Below are positions 49,901-62,803 of a stretch of 64,000 nt of DNA, piece by piece; the first letter of the stretch is position 1; every line of letters starts with the position of its first letter. A model generated the notes under the pieces. That model had not been told where the DNA came from. It made no database searches and worked only from the letters and a program-made list of their open reading frames with translations. Origin of the DNA: Chiloscyllium plagiosum (taxonomy: Eukaryota); contig NC_057719.1 in NCBI RefSeq assembly GCF_004010195.1, positions 84,246,658 through 84,310,657 of the forward strand, read 5' to 3'. Made by a program: the position numbers and the translations under genes.

Positions 49901-50810
49901 AATAACAAGTCACAAGCACCAGCCAGCAAGGCCAGCGCAACAATAATGAAATAACAAGGTTAGAAATAAAGGGAGAACCTAGTTCTTTATTTTGACCCCT
50001 TTGAAGGTCTATAGAATCCAAAAGGGATTTGTCTTTAAAAAAATTAACGGTTAAGATTAACCCCAGATATACAGGCTTTGCACTTGGACCTAAGACAGTT
50101 AAGCTATAATAGGGGGGTTTTCTGATCTTTTCCTGCAGTTACAGGGCAATGACTACGTGTGCAGCACAACACTTACAATGGTAGCAAGTCATCTCTGCCA
50201 ATCTCCTTGTCACAGCCTTAGAGAGCTACCAAAGGTTGCATGTTCAGACATGTAACACAGCCCTTGAAAATACAAATCTTGCTCCACACATAGCCATCAA
50301 TTAAAAACTTATGGCAAAATGAATGATGCCATATTTTTGTCTCCAAAAAGGACATGTCCAGCAGTACGTTTCATGCTTTAATTGCCAACCAAAAAGCATG
50401 CTGACACAATATACCCTTTGGCTATATGTGACCATAATGCATACAATAAATAAGTTAAGCATACATCCTGTGAACTTTATACTCTGTAGCAAAAATCAGA
50501 ACTTAAAAGGAAATTTGTTTGATTAAATTGAAACATTGTTTCGGACGCTGATAATTCACTCCAGCTCCTGTGATACTCATGCTCAAGGAAGACCTCAAGT
50601 TTATCAGTTGACATTGTCTGTCCCCTCTCCAGAGATAATGATGGAAGAGGGGCAGGCAGTTGGGCCAAATGAGACCCTCAACTCCAGCTTGCTATTTGTA
50701 CTTGTTAGGGACCACCTTGATGAGACTCAGGAGCAGATTAACAAGGAGATGCTCTACCCTCTCTGGTCCCAAATGACCAAACACCAAGGGGGGCTTGGAA
50801 TGTCCGCTCA

Positions 50811-51150
50811 AGATGACACAGTGGTTAGCACTTTTGCCTCACAGCGCCAGGGACCCAGGTTTGATTCCAGCCTTCAGTGACTGTCTCTGTGTATTCTGTA
50901 TCCCTGTATCTGTATAGGTGTCTCCAGCTGCTCTGGTCCCTCCCACAATCCAAAGATGTGCAGGTTAGGTTGATTGGCTATGCTGAATTTGTCCTGTAGT
51001 GTCCAGAGATGTGCAGGCTAGGTGGGTATATGCAGGGTTACAGGGATAGGGTAAGGGATTGAGTCTGGTTGAGATGCTCTTCAGAGGGTCAGTGTGGACT
51101 CAATGGACCAAATGGCCTCTTTCTGCATTGTCGGGATTCTATGATTCTCT
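50811..51150 (+). mobile_element. HE1-type V-SINE
   Basis: CAGTGGTTAGCAC...GCCTCACAGCGCCAGGGACCCAGGTTTGATTCC head; GGGATTCTATGATTCT tail. Confidence 0.85.
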
Positions 51151-52494
51151 ACGGAATATTTCCTCAGAAAATTTCACTCACAAGCTACTTAGAGCACCAA
51201 TGATTTAGTACTTTATATTGTTTTCAAACTCTTTATGATTTTTGGAAGTCAGTTACTGTACTAAATAGAAACTGAAAGAACTGCAGAAGCTGGTAATCAA
51301 ACAAAAACAAGTTGCTGGAAAAGCTCAGCAGGTCTGGTAGCATCTGTGGGGAGAAATCAGAGCTAACCTTTCAGGTCCAGTGATCCTGGAATTCTGAGGA
51401 AATTAACAATTTCCATAAATTTGTTTTTGTTTCGGATACTGTGCTGTTATTTTTGCTGTATTCCTTTGTTTCACCCATAATTTTTGAATACAAGTAACTC
51501 ACCTTTAACTCAAATTCAATAGTTTAATAGTGTGATAGTTAGCACCTTTTTTGGAATAATGGGAGATTGAAATTGGAATGTTCAAAACACACTGGAAACT
51601 CAATCTTACCATTGTAAACACCAGTTAGAAATATTGAAAAAGAAAGATGAATTGCCACAGGCTGTTTAATCAACAATCCATTGCCTTCAACTTGCCAGAT
51701 ATCAGATGTTCCCTCCTGAATTATTGATACTTCAAGTACTGGCTATTCTGCACATATGAACTCAGTGATGTCAGATACTTGGAGCTTCACAGTCAAGCTT
51801 GATCATTTCTGATGTGTCTTCAAGCTGTGTATTTTCTCGCAAAGGTCACTAGATAATGTAAAGTGGACAGGATTTCTAGCTGGTCTACCCCTCTCTAACA
51901 AAGGATGTTGAATCAATCAAAATTCAACAATGAGCAGCAATTTTATTCAGAGCTTTTGGATACAATACAGAATAAGCTGAATCATATCCATTTAATCATA
52001 GATTTAATTTGATAAATGGTGATATCTGCAATTTCCTGCTTTATTGTCCCTGGAGGCTATCGACACGTTGGATTTCAACTGGAATGTTGATAAAATGGAT
52101 GGTATTCTATAGAAACATTACCTGTTTCTAGAATCAAAATAGTGAAATGTAGAATCAAGTTTCTAAGAGTAATTCTGTAATTTCATCTATGATTTGCAGT
52201 GCTAGATATTATTCCTATTCATCACTTGAAAGTTAAGTTTCGCCAGTGTATAGTTCCACCAGTACACACAAACAATTTTTCGTTTAGATATGTTTAGATA
52301 ATAGGCATGAACTGACAATATGATTATAAACTGTTGTATCCCAGTTTATTTTAGGGTCACTTTTAGTGTTAAATGATAATTCTAGATTTGATTGTGTTGG
52401 TCTGTTCACAGATCCTTGTATTTATATTTGATTGTTTAAGCCTGAATAACTCTACTGTGAGAAGATTCTGGAAGATCTAGGCTCTTTACCAAGA

Positions 52495-54510
52495 CTAGAA
52501 CATAGAACATTACAGTGCAGTACAGGCCCTTCAACCCTCGATGTTGTGCCAATACGTGGAACTAATCTGAAGCCCATCTAACCTACACTTTTCCATTTTC
52601 ATCGTATGTTTATCCAATGACCATTTAAATGCCCTTAAAGTTGATGAGTTTACTACAGTTACAGGCACGCCATTCCACACCCCTACTACTGAATGAAAAA
52701 AAACACTTCTGACATCTGTCCTATATCTATTACCCCTCAACTTAAAGTAATGCCCCCTCGTCCTAGCCAACACCATCCGAAGAAAAAGGCTCTTAATGTC
52801 CACCCTATCTAACTCTCTGGATTATCTTATATGTCTCAATTAAATCACCTCTCAACCTCCTTCTCTCTAACAAAAACATCAAATCCCTCAGCCTTTCATC
52901 GTAAGACCTTCCCACCATACTAGGCAACATCCTAGTACATCACCTCCAAACCCTTTCTAAAGCTTCCACATCCTTCCTTTAATGCGGTGACCAGAACTGT
53001 ATGCAATACTCCAAGTGCAGCTACACCAGAATTCTGTACAGCTGCAACCTGACCTCATGGCTCCAAAACTCAATCCCTCTACCAATAAAAGCTAACACAC
53101 TGTATGCTTTCTCAACAATCTTATCAACCTGGGTGGAAACTTTCAGGGATCTATGTACATGAACACTGAGATCTCTCTGCTCATCTACACTGCCAAGAAT
53201 CTTACCATTAACCCAGTTCTCTGCATTCTTGTTGCTCCTTTCAAAGTGAATAACACACAACTTTTCCACATTAAACTCCATTTGCCACCTCTCAGCCCAG
53301 CTCTGCAGCTTATCAATGTCCCTCTCTGCCCAGAAGTAAACGTAACCAAATTGTGGTCACCATCACCAAAGTGCTCACCTACCTCCAAATCTAACACTTG
53401 GCCGGGTTCATTACCCAGTACCAAATCTAATGTGACCTCACCCCTTGTTGACTTGTCTACGTACTGTGTCAGGAAACCCTTCTGCACACATTGGACAAAA
53501 ACTGACCCATCTAAAGTACTTGAACAATAGTATTTCCAGTCAATATTTGGAAAGTTAAAGTCCCCCATACCCTATTACTCTCGCTCTTATCCAGAATCTT
53601 TGCAATCTCTGGAACTATTTGGAGGCCTGTAGAAAAACCCCCAACAGGGTTACCTCTCCTTTCCTGTTTCTAACGTCTGCCCATACTACCTCAGTAGACG
53701 AGTCCTCAAACATCCTTTCTGCCACCCTAACACTGTCCTTGACTAACAATGCCACATCTCCTCTTTTCTGTTCTTACTGAAACATCTAAATCCCAGAACC
53801 TGCAACAACCATTCCTGTCCCTGCTTTATCCATGTCTCTGAAATGGCCACAACATCGAAGTCCCAGGTACCAACCCATGCTGCAAATTCACTCACCTTAT
53901 TCTGGATGCTCCTGGCATTGAAGTAGACACACTTCAAACCACCTTCCTGCTTGCCGGTGCACTCTTGCAAACTTGAAACCATATTTCTGACCTCAGTATG
54001 CTCAGCCTCCTGGACACTGGAACTACAATTTAGGTTCCCATCACGCTGCTGAATTAGTTTAAACCCTCTTGAAGAGCATTAGTAAATGTCCCCCCCAGGA
54101 TATTGGTACGCCTCTGTTTCAGGTGTAGACCATCCTGTTTGTAGAGGTCTCACCTACCTCAGACTGAGCCCCAATTATCCAGGTATCCGAAACCCTCCCT
54201 CCTGCACCATCCCTGTAGCCATGTGTTCAACTCCTCTCTCTCTCTATTCCTCGCCTCACTAGCACATGGCACAGGCAACAAACCAGAGATAACAACTCTG
54301 TTTGTTCTAGCTCCAAGCTTCCACCCTTGCTCCCTGAATTTCTGCCTTAAATACACATCCTTCTTCTGTGCCAGACTGTGTGCCAGAAACCTGTACTCCA
54401 TGACATACTCCTGATAAGTCCCTCCCAAAAGTATCCACAGTGGTATACTTGTTGAGGGGAACGACCACAGGGGATCCCTGCACTGTCTGCCGGTTCCCTT
54501 TCCATCCCGA
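52495..54510 (-). mobile_element. CR1 LINE with an internal deletion (ORF1 esterase, APE, RT end)
   Basis: ORF1 SGNH-like RVVISGLLPVP...LNTWLQGWCRREGFGYLDNW; APE LKCVYFNARSI...VAISETW and MGDFNFPNIDW. It jumps at ~53325 to the RT C-terminus and ends in a (TTCTATG)n tail. Confidence 0.88.
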
Positions 54511-54562
54511 CTGTAACTACATCCCTGACTGTAACTACATCCCAGACCCTGACTACATCCCA
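54502..54562. repeat. 18-bp tandem repeat, 3 copies
   Basis: CATCCC(T)GACTGTAACTA repeated. Confidence 0.75.
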
Positions 54563-57500
54563 GGTCTTTGCATTGTCAGATTCCATCATAAAATGTGAAA
54601 AAAAACTCAGAAATCTCAAGTCACACCTCGAACCTGGCATTTCCCATTTTAGCAGAGGCAGGATTGAGCCAGGTTGTGGTTCACAGTGGCAGACAGCCAC
54701 TTAAATGATCAAGTCAGAACTTACCTGCTTTTTAGAGCTTGAACTATAGAGATTAAAAAAGGTAAAAGATAGTCTGATTATTTTTAAGTTGCCTAGTAGA
54801 GCTGAAATACCAATGGATATGTTCCCAGGATACGTGGACATTGTAGTTCAGTTTCCTTTGGAGGAGGGAGTTCTGGCACCCTTTGGGAGGGGTCGTCAGA
54901 TATGCTTTGTGGGAGTTAAATCAATTTGGGATTGTTAACTGTAAAGGAGATTATGTGTAAAAGAGTATGTAAACCTGTTGGAACTATCATAATCTGTGAA
55001 AGAACAATCCAGAAGTGTCAAGGCCTGTCAATAACTGTCAAATTTATCCAGAACTATCAAGATCTGTCTAAAAGGGTCAGGCATGTCAAGAACGGTCAGT
55101 CAAACTTATCAAGTGCTGTCAGAACCTGTCAACCCAATCAAGAACTAGCAAGATCTGTAAAAAAGTGTCAACCCCTCAAAGAACCGTCAAAGCAGTTTCA
55201 AAGCTCCCTATTGTGCATTTTTTAAATAAATGGAAGTTTTTTTTAATCAACCTGCCATATTTAACTTTAATGAGGTAACTTTTTATTTCTCCCCTGTGCA
55301 TGAGAACTTGTGGATACTAGATGAGTTAATATGGTAGGTGAAGGGGAAGGAAGGTCAGTTGAAGTAGGCATTAAGTTGATGTGAGACCATGGAGATTGGT
55401 AACAGGGTATGGGAATATAATTAACTGTGAAGATTGGTAGAAAACCATCAAATCGCAAAAGGGGTATGAGTGCTGGAGGACAGGTTATGTTTTATTCTTT
55501 TGTTTTCATTTTTGGACTCAGTGCTGGAGCTCAGAGGCAGGCCTTCCAAACAGCCCAGTCTCGCAAATTGGCAGCCTCCTCAACTCTCCCCAAGCTTCCT
55601 GGCTCCCTTGGGACCTATCTGTATATCAAATGCTCTGTAAAGTTCAAGATGTTCCATGAAGTCATGTAAATGAACATTTTCAATTTAAAATTAGCATTAT
55701 TTCTGCATTGCTCTGAGCTAAATCAGATTAGTCAAATATATAACTCAATGCAAACACATATTGCTCAATAACGATCAGGAGTGGGCAGCTTTGCAGAGAA
55801 GGTCAGGAAAACTCTGCAGGTTTTTTAAAGCCAAATTCATTCGGGTCAGCACTGTAATACAGGACACTATGCTCTATGGGCTGTTTCCATAAATGCATGT
55901 CAAATCAAACTTTAACTGCTGTTGACTGATCAACTCAATGAAAGGCTTTGATCTGTCTGTAACTTGTTGGCCTTGCAGAGCAAAGTGACCGAGTGTTATA
56001 GACTGACACATTCCCAACTCCAGGACTACATGCTGCAGAACACACTAAAGGTTAGGACGACTACTACAATGGTTGACTGCTTAAGGCCTTTTTTGCTGGT
56101 TTAGACGAGAGGCTGGAACTTCTATAAAGTCCTTTGGGCTGTATTTGACATGAAATATATGTTGTAGGTATGACCAGTAAATGAGTTGCCTTACCACACT
56201 TAAGATAGTCATATAAGGAACTGAAAGGAGGTGAACTGTATTGTACATTATTAGTCAAATTTGAACTATTATACAGTGTACTTTTACAAATTTCACAGGT
56301 GTATTTTTGAAAAAGAAGATGAGAAGTGGAAACACTTGATTTGCTTTTCTCTTGCCAGCATGGGGCACTGACTGAGGTTAATTGTGTAACCACAAGCATT
56401 CCCTTGGCTAGAAATAACTATCTAAATACAGATTGAGGATTGACTGTTGAATATTCCAAGTCCATGTGGCTCACTATTACGATGACAATTTCATTTCTTC
56501 CACTACAATGGAAAACTGTGGCCTTTCAAATCAGCAAAGAAGTAACCAGTGAGAAAGCTTGGTCTTTGAAAGGTAAGGGTTTCAGATGAGGAGGGTGTCA
56601 AGGTTTGGGGATTTAAATTATTTTAACTAAGATCATCATCTCTGATAAAATGAGTTACATCTTATCACAGTATTAGTTTCGGTGAAAGGTGCCAGACAGT
56701 AACTGAGGCAACTCATACTTAACTTAAACTTAATCTTTATTCACAAACAGGAAGTTATGCAGTTACTTTGTTGCGTTCAAACAAAAACCTTCTTTAAAAA
56801 AAAATACATTTAAAAAAAACTCCATCCTCAAAGTATAAAGACACTTGGTTGGTTGGGATTTATTGTGTTGTGCTAATGAGCTCTGTCAAATTTTCAGGAT
56901 CTTTTTACAAGCAACCATGTCGTTAGAGATAGAGAGCAGAAAATCTTGTTGATGAAGTGGGTATCCTGCCATGGCTGGATAGCTGGCGTGAGAGCACTGC
57001 CTCTTTTTAAAGTGGCCCTCTCAACCATAAGTCAGTCAGCCAGTGGGGAGTCCAGTGGCAGTTTTTACTCTGGGAACCAAGTCCCCAGGGATGGAAGTTT
57101 CACTTACTGAAAGCTGTAGGCCAGCAGCACTATTGGGGAGGCTGTGACTGCTGCAGGAAAGGCAGGTTCCAGAGCCCCAGGATCGCAAGCAGCCAAGGAC
57201 AAAGAGGGGTTGGGGAAAAAGGATTTTGGAAAAGGGCAGAGAGAGTTCAACAGCAGACAGGGGACGGATGTCACTGGGACCCACCTTCATAATGTCCAAT
57301 TCTTTGATCAGGCACTGAGTGCATTTGATTAAAGAGAGACCCCTGTCTCCCATCAGGGGACAAGTTGGCCGCGCAGTTCTAGCTGGCTGTACGTACTACC
57401 TGGTAGGAGGCCCACCTGCAGTTGGGTTAATCCCAGTGATTGCAGATGAGGGCCTTCAGTAATCATTAACTGGGCACTTAGGAGCCTCAATTAGCAGCAG

Positions 57501-58211
57501 GGCACAAGATTGACCCAGGGTCTTCTTGCCCAGAAGTTAATTCTGATGGAGACAAGAAGGTGGCAGCGTTCGGGTACACTCCCATCCTGCCTAATTACAT
57601 GCCCTCCCCACACTTAAGTTCATAACCATCCTCTGATCCAGGGAAAGATTAGGGATGAGGTTTAGGATTTAAAAGATCAAACAAGGTCATAAACTCACTG
57701 AGAAGGGAAGAGAGAAATTAAATTTAGCCAACGAGGAAGGTAGGTTAGTATATGCAGAACTTATTGAACAGAGTGAGAAAGCAATGCACAATAGACTTAT
57801 CCTATGTCCCTTCTCCCAGTTTGACTCACACTGAAGCTCCACTGGACCTGATCTTGGAACAGTCATCAAGAACATCTAAGAAATGCTGGCAGGTGAACAG
57901 AGAAGAAACAGATAGCTAGAAGAGAACTAAATTTGGCCATGTGAACGAGAACAGAAATGACAATTTCTTTTTGTTAAAACTCTATCTGCCTCTATTTCTG
58001 TACTATCACGAACTCAACAAATATCTTGGGGGAAAACGATTTTTTTAGCAGAGGATTAAATTCCTAGGTGTGCTTTAATCTCAGAGGACTGCTACTGACT
58101 AAGTCCCAGATTGTGATGTGGAAAATTACCAGCCTGTCTTCCTACTATTGATGGAAATGTGTTGCTGGAAAAGCGCAGCAGGTCAGGCAGCATCTAGGGA
58201 ACAGGAGAATC

Positions 58212-58239
58212 GACGTTTCGGGCATTAGCCCTTCTTCAG
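58212..58239 (-). ncRNA. Putative minimal hammerhead ribozyme core (best-preserved copy)
   Basis: Minus strand CUGAAGA-A-GGGC-UAAU-GCCC-GAAAC-GUC; stem I support is weak. Confidence 0.6.
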
Positions 58240-58303
58240 GAATGAGGAAAGTTGGTCCAGCAGGCTAAGATAAAAGATAGGGAGGAGGGACTTGGGGGAA
58301 GGG

Positions 58304-58852
58304 NNNNNNNNNNNNNNNNNNNNNNNNNNNNNNNNNNNNNNNNNNNNNNNNNNNNNNNNNNNNNNNNNNNNNNNNNNNNNNNNNNNNNNNNNNNNNNNNN
58401 NNNNNNNNNNNNNNNNNNNNNNNNNNNNNNNNNNNNNNNNNNNNNNNNNNNNNNNNNNNNNNNNNNNNNNNNNNNNNNNNNNNNNNNNNNNNNNNNNNNN
58501 NNNNNNNNNNNNNNNNNNNNNNNNNNNNNNNNNNNNNNNNNNNNNNNNNNNNNNNNNNNNNNNNNNNNNNNNNNNNNNNNNNNNNNNNNNNNNNNNNNNN
58601 NNNNNNNNNNNNNNNNNNNNNNNNNNNNNNNNNNNNNNNNNNNNNNNNNNNNNNNNNNNNNNNNNNNNNNNNNNNNNNNNNNNNNNNNNNNNNNNNNNNN
58701 NNNNNNNNNNNNNNNNNNNNNNNNNNNNNNNNNNNNNNNNNNNNNNNNNNNNNNNNNNNNNNNNNNNNNNNNNNNNNNNNNNNNNNNNNNNNNNNNNNNN
58801 NNNNNNNNNNNNNNNNNNNNNNNNNNNNNNNNNNNNNNNNNNNNNNNNNNNN
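58304..58852. other. Assembly gap (N run)
   Basis: Run of N bases. Confidence 1.
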
Positions 58853-59794
58853 TCCTAACCTGAGATCTTCTTCCCGACCTCTCCGCCCCCACCCCAGTCT
58901 GACCTATCACCCTCACCTTGTCCTCTTTCCACCTACCACATTTCCGACGCCCCTCCCCCAAGTCCCTCCTCCCTATCTTTTATCTTAGCCTGCTGGACCA
59001 ACTTTCCTCATTCCTGAAGAAGGGCTAATGCCCAAAACGTCGATTCTCCTGTTCCCCAGATGCTGCCTGACCTGCTGCGCTTTTCCAGCAACACATTTCC
59101 ATCTCTGATCTCCAGCATCTGCAGACCTCACTTTTTCCTACTATTGATCACTATCCTATGAAAAAGTGAAAGTACTGTCAGTCAAGATGGGATCAGATTC
59201 AGCCATTATTCATCCCATGGTCAGACAGTCAGCTACCATTCATTAACCAAACACACACGCGATTTGTGTGAGACACTCAAGAGGTACTGGCTTCTGCAGA
59301 ACTGTATACCTTGAAGAGATTAGCACTTTCTGAAGAAGGGGACAAGATAGGAGTTCTAAATACCAACTCCCCACCACTAATGTTGAAAACAGCCAAGTTA
59401 GTCACTGTGTGGAACAGGAAAGTGCATTACTGTTTCAGGTAGGATCCTTCATTGCACCTCGATTGTGATGTGATGGAGGGGTATGGGCACAGAGTAGGTG
59501 ACTTTGGTTAGTGCATCCTATAACTGCAAGGCACCACCAGTGGGGAGGAAAGGAGGAAATAAATCCTTGGCTTCCCCTTTTGAATGAAGCAGCAAGCTTT
59601 GACCAGCTAACATTTTCAAGAATCTAAAACTTCATAATGAAGATTAATTCACACAGTGTGGTGGATTCAAAGGGCTCACCGCAGAACCATAAGATCCCCA
59701 ATTGGACCCAAATTCTGATCTTCACCAAACCAAATCTGAAAATAAAATGTTCTTTTCTCTCTTGTACCTGAATAATTTAAATTGACTTTAGAGC

Positions 59795-60033
59795 TGGTGA
59801 ACAGGTATTGGGAATTTGTTCCAGACTGGCCAACATTTATCTCTCAACAAACATCATAAAACTGATTATCTGGCTATTCATTTCAGTTTGTTTTGTGGGA
59901 TCTGACCTCAATTTGATTGCCACACTTCCATACACACAGCAGTGACTACACTTCAAGAATTACATCATTGGCTGTAAAACACTTTCAGATGTCCTGAGGT
60001 TGTGAATTTTACATCAATGTAAATCTTTCCTTC
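59795..60033 (+). mobile_element. DeuSINE (SacSINE1-like) 3' portion
   Basis: CTGGCCAACATTTATCTCTCAAC...GATTATCTGG...TTTGTGGGATCT...CAGTGACTACACTTCAA...CATTGGCTGTAAA...GTCCTGAGGTTGTGAA resembles the Deu-domain and tail as recalled. Confidence 0.65.
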
Positions 60034-61454
60034 TGTAAGTCCAATGACAGAAAACAAATGATGGGAAGGGCAGATAACCAACCTGATGTCTCAGTTTCAG
60101 ATGAGAGCACTGTTACAAAGATAAAGATTGTTTTAAATATTTTTAAAAAAGAAAACAAATACAGTTCCCTTTCCTCTGGGCGAAACCAACATTGTCAGGG
60201 CGAAATACAGGCAGATGAACAATGTCGACTTTCTCCATTAATCTTCAATCACAATGGGCTCATCACTGAGGGGAGGCCTTGGTCCTTTTGCTTGGTCTGG
60301 TTGGCACTGTTCAATGGCAATCTGAGCCTGGGGCCTCCTCCCGCTACGTCTCCTCTCAAAGGAAGTAAGCAACTTGCGGATCTTCCTGCAAAACAATATA
60401 CAGTACAGGTGCTCATCAATACGCCTATTGAGACCAAGTCATGCTGAAAGTTAAATTGTGTGTGTTGTCAGGATGTCAGTTAGTTAATTCTTACCACACT
60501 TGAACTGCGATGCAAGTACAAGGAAAGAAAAACTTGCATTTATATAGCACCAGGGATCAAAATAATTCCACCCCCCACACCGAGTGCTACTTTATGGTTC
60601 TCACTAACTCAGTGAATCATGTTGGTGTCATTACCTTCTGTATTTGTGCTCTCACACAGTATCTTTAATAATTATCAACTCTCCATTATACTTTGATGCT
60701 TTCTTAGTTTTATAGCTTTGTGTGCCAGACATCACAGGTCACTTATAAACCTTTCAGTAACAAACTTGGGAGAGAAGCAGCCTCTGATTGGCTTGTTACT
60801 TCACCATTCAGAAAACTGGGGGTGGGGGTGCTGGTATTGGCTGGGATACAGGCTAATTGCCACAGCCACAAGGTGCATTTTGATGAATCCAAAAGTGCCA
60901 TCTGCTGAATCCAGGGTCAGAGTCTTTGCTGGGGAACACAGCAGTTAGAGGAGGAGCTGATTCCAGAAGGATTTAGGGAGGAATGTAGGCTTCTGAGGAA
61001 TACGTGGGAAGGAAGTTGTACAAGATACAAGGAGGGAGAATGAGGCTACAAAATAGACGGCTGCATCATGAAGTTGCGGGGGAGTTGTCGGCTGCCACAG
61101 AAGAGAAAAGAGTTTAAATCCTGTCAACAAAGAAATACTCAGCTCACTGGGATCCAAGAAAACATCACATAACTTGAATTATTTGCAAATTGAATGTGGA
61201 ATGTCTAATTTAGAGATGCATAAGTAGGAAATACATCACTTGGGAAAAACAAAGATTCTGCTGTAATGAAGACTGTCAATTAGGGGTCAAAATAATTTTT
61301 CAGTTTTGAGAGCTGTTCTTGAGATTTTCTTGAGGGTTATTTTTTGATTCTTTGTAATTCATTTAGAAGGTGATGCTGTCATATAGTAACAAGACCTTCT
61401 GTATTTGTGCTAACAAGGGATATTTGAACTCACTCACAAATAGAATTAGAATAA

Positions 61455-62405
61455 TTTATTTGATTTATTACTGTCACCTGTACCATTGTTGTTTTACGTG
61501 CTTTACAGGCAAATCATACTGTACAAGTAACAGAACAGAGTGCAGGACACAATGTTACAGCTGCTGAGAAGGTGCAGGGAGAGGTCAACATTAAAGAGGT
61601 CCATTCAAAAGTCTGATAACAGTAGAAACAAGCTCTTCTTGAATCTGTTCATACATATATACATAAATTGTTTTCTGCCTGATGGAAGAGGGTGGAAAGG
61701 CTCTTGATTGTGTTGATTGCTTTCCCGACGCAGCAGGATATATGGGTAAAGTCAATGGATGGGAGGCGGTTTGTATGATGGACTGGGCTGTGTTCACAAC
61801 TCATCACAGTTTCTTTCAGTCTTGGGAAGAGCAATTGCCATACCACACTGTGATGCTTTCTAAGGTGCATCTATAAATATTTGTCAGATTCTTTATGGAA
61901 ATGTCGAATTTCCATAGCCTCCGAAGAATCAGAAGTGTTGCTGTGCTTCCTTGATTGTAGTGTCACGTGGGTGGAGCAGGGCAGATCGTTAGCGATTGTC
62001 AGTCTCAGAAACATGACGTTTTCAACCATGACCACCTCAGCACCACTGATGCAGACAGGGGCGTGCCCCCCACTCCACTCCCTGAAGTCAATGAGCAGCT
62101 CCTTCATTTTGCTGACATTAATGGAGAGATTGTTGTCTTTACACCATGCCGTTAAGCACCATCTCCTTCCTATATGCTTTCTCATCATTGTTTGAGATCC
62201 AACCTACAATAGTGGTGTAGCCAACAAACATGTAAATGGAGTTGTTGTGGAATTTGGCCATGCAGTCATGAGTGGATAAAGAATACAGTAGGGTGCTGAG
62301 TACACAGCCTTTTGGGGCATCAGTGTTGGCAATTATCATGGAGGTGGTGTTGTCGCCTGTCCTTACTGACTGTGGTCTGTTGGTCAGGAAGTCAAAAATC
62401 CAGAT
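61455..62405 (-). mobile_element. Rex1/Babar-clade LINE 3' fragment
   Basis: TDAPKGCVLSTLLYSLSTHDC; AWCKDNNLSINVSKMKELLIDFR...VENVMFLRLTI; tail GTGACAGTAATAAATC. Confidence 0.8.
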
Positions 62406-62724
62406 AGAAAAGGTAATTCAACAGTATCCTCAATAATTATTTATCCTCTATCAAACATAAAGCCATAACATAGAAGGAAAACATTAATTTCCAGGCACTA
62501 CATTATGATGGCAGAGTAGCAACGCAACATGTGGGTTCCTCCGCCCAAGAGGCCAGAGCTTATCAATTTCACTTCTTCCTCTCTTTTTAAAAAATGTTTC
62601 CATTCATTATGGTACCTTATCTTCTTAAAACATCTTTGTCGGAAGGAGTCTTCTCTCGGCCCAGACCCTGGCCCAGCCATGAGCTGGCTTCCAGCGGTCC
62701 AGAATGGGAGTATAGGCTTGGTGT

Positions 62725-62803
62725 CAAGTGTGTGGAGCTGGAAAAGCACAGCAGGTCAGGCAGCATCCGAGAAGCAGGAGAATCAATGTTTTGGGCAAAA
62801 GCC
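62725..62803 (-). mobile_element. Short Penelope terminal-repeat insert
   Basis: GCTGGAAAAGCACAGCAGGTCAGGCAGCATCC...GAATCAATGTTTTGGGCAAAAGCC. Confidence 0.8.

Larger units (their letters stand above)
58153..59134. mobile_element. Young Penelope insertion with inverted arms spanning the assembly gap
   Basis: 14-bp TSD TTCCTACTATTGAT at 58139-58152 / 59135-59148. 58153-58303 is the near-perfect reverse complement of ~58950-59100. Confidence 0.9.

Noticed and set aside
54580..57620. Harbinger-type MITEs at ~54580-55620 and ~56890-57620
   Set aside because: They look repeat-like, but I could not establish TIRs or TSDs by eye.
58236..58961. Long ORFs of 188-241 aa
   Set aside because: Artefacts of translating through the N gap.
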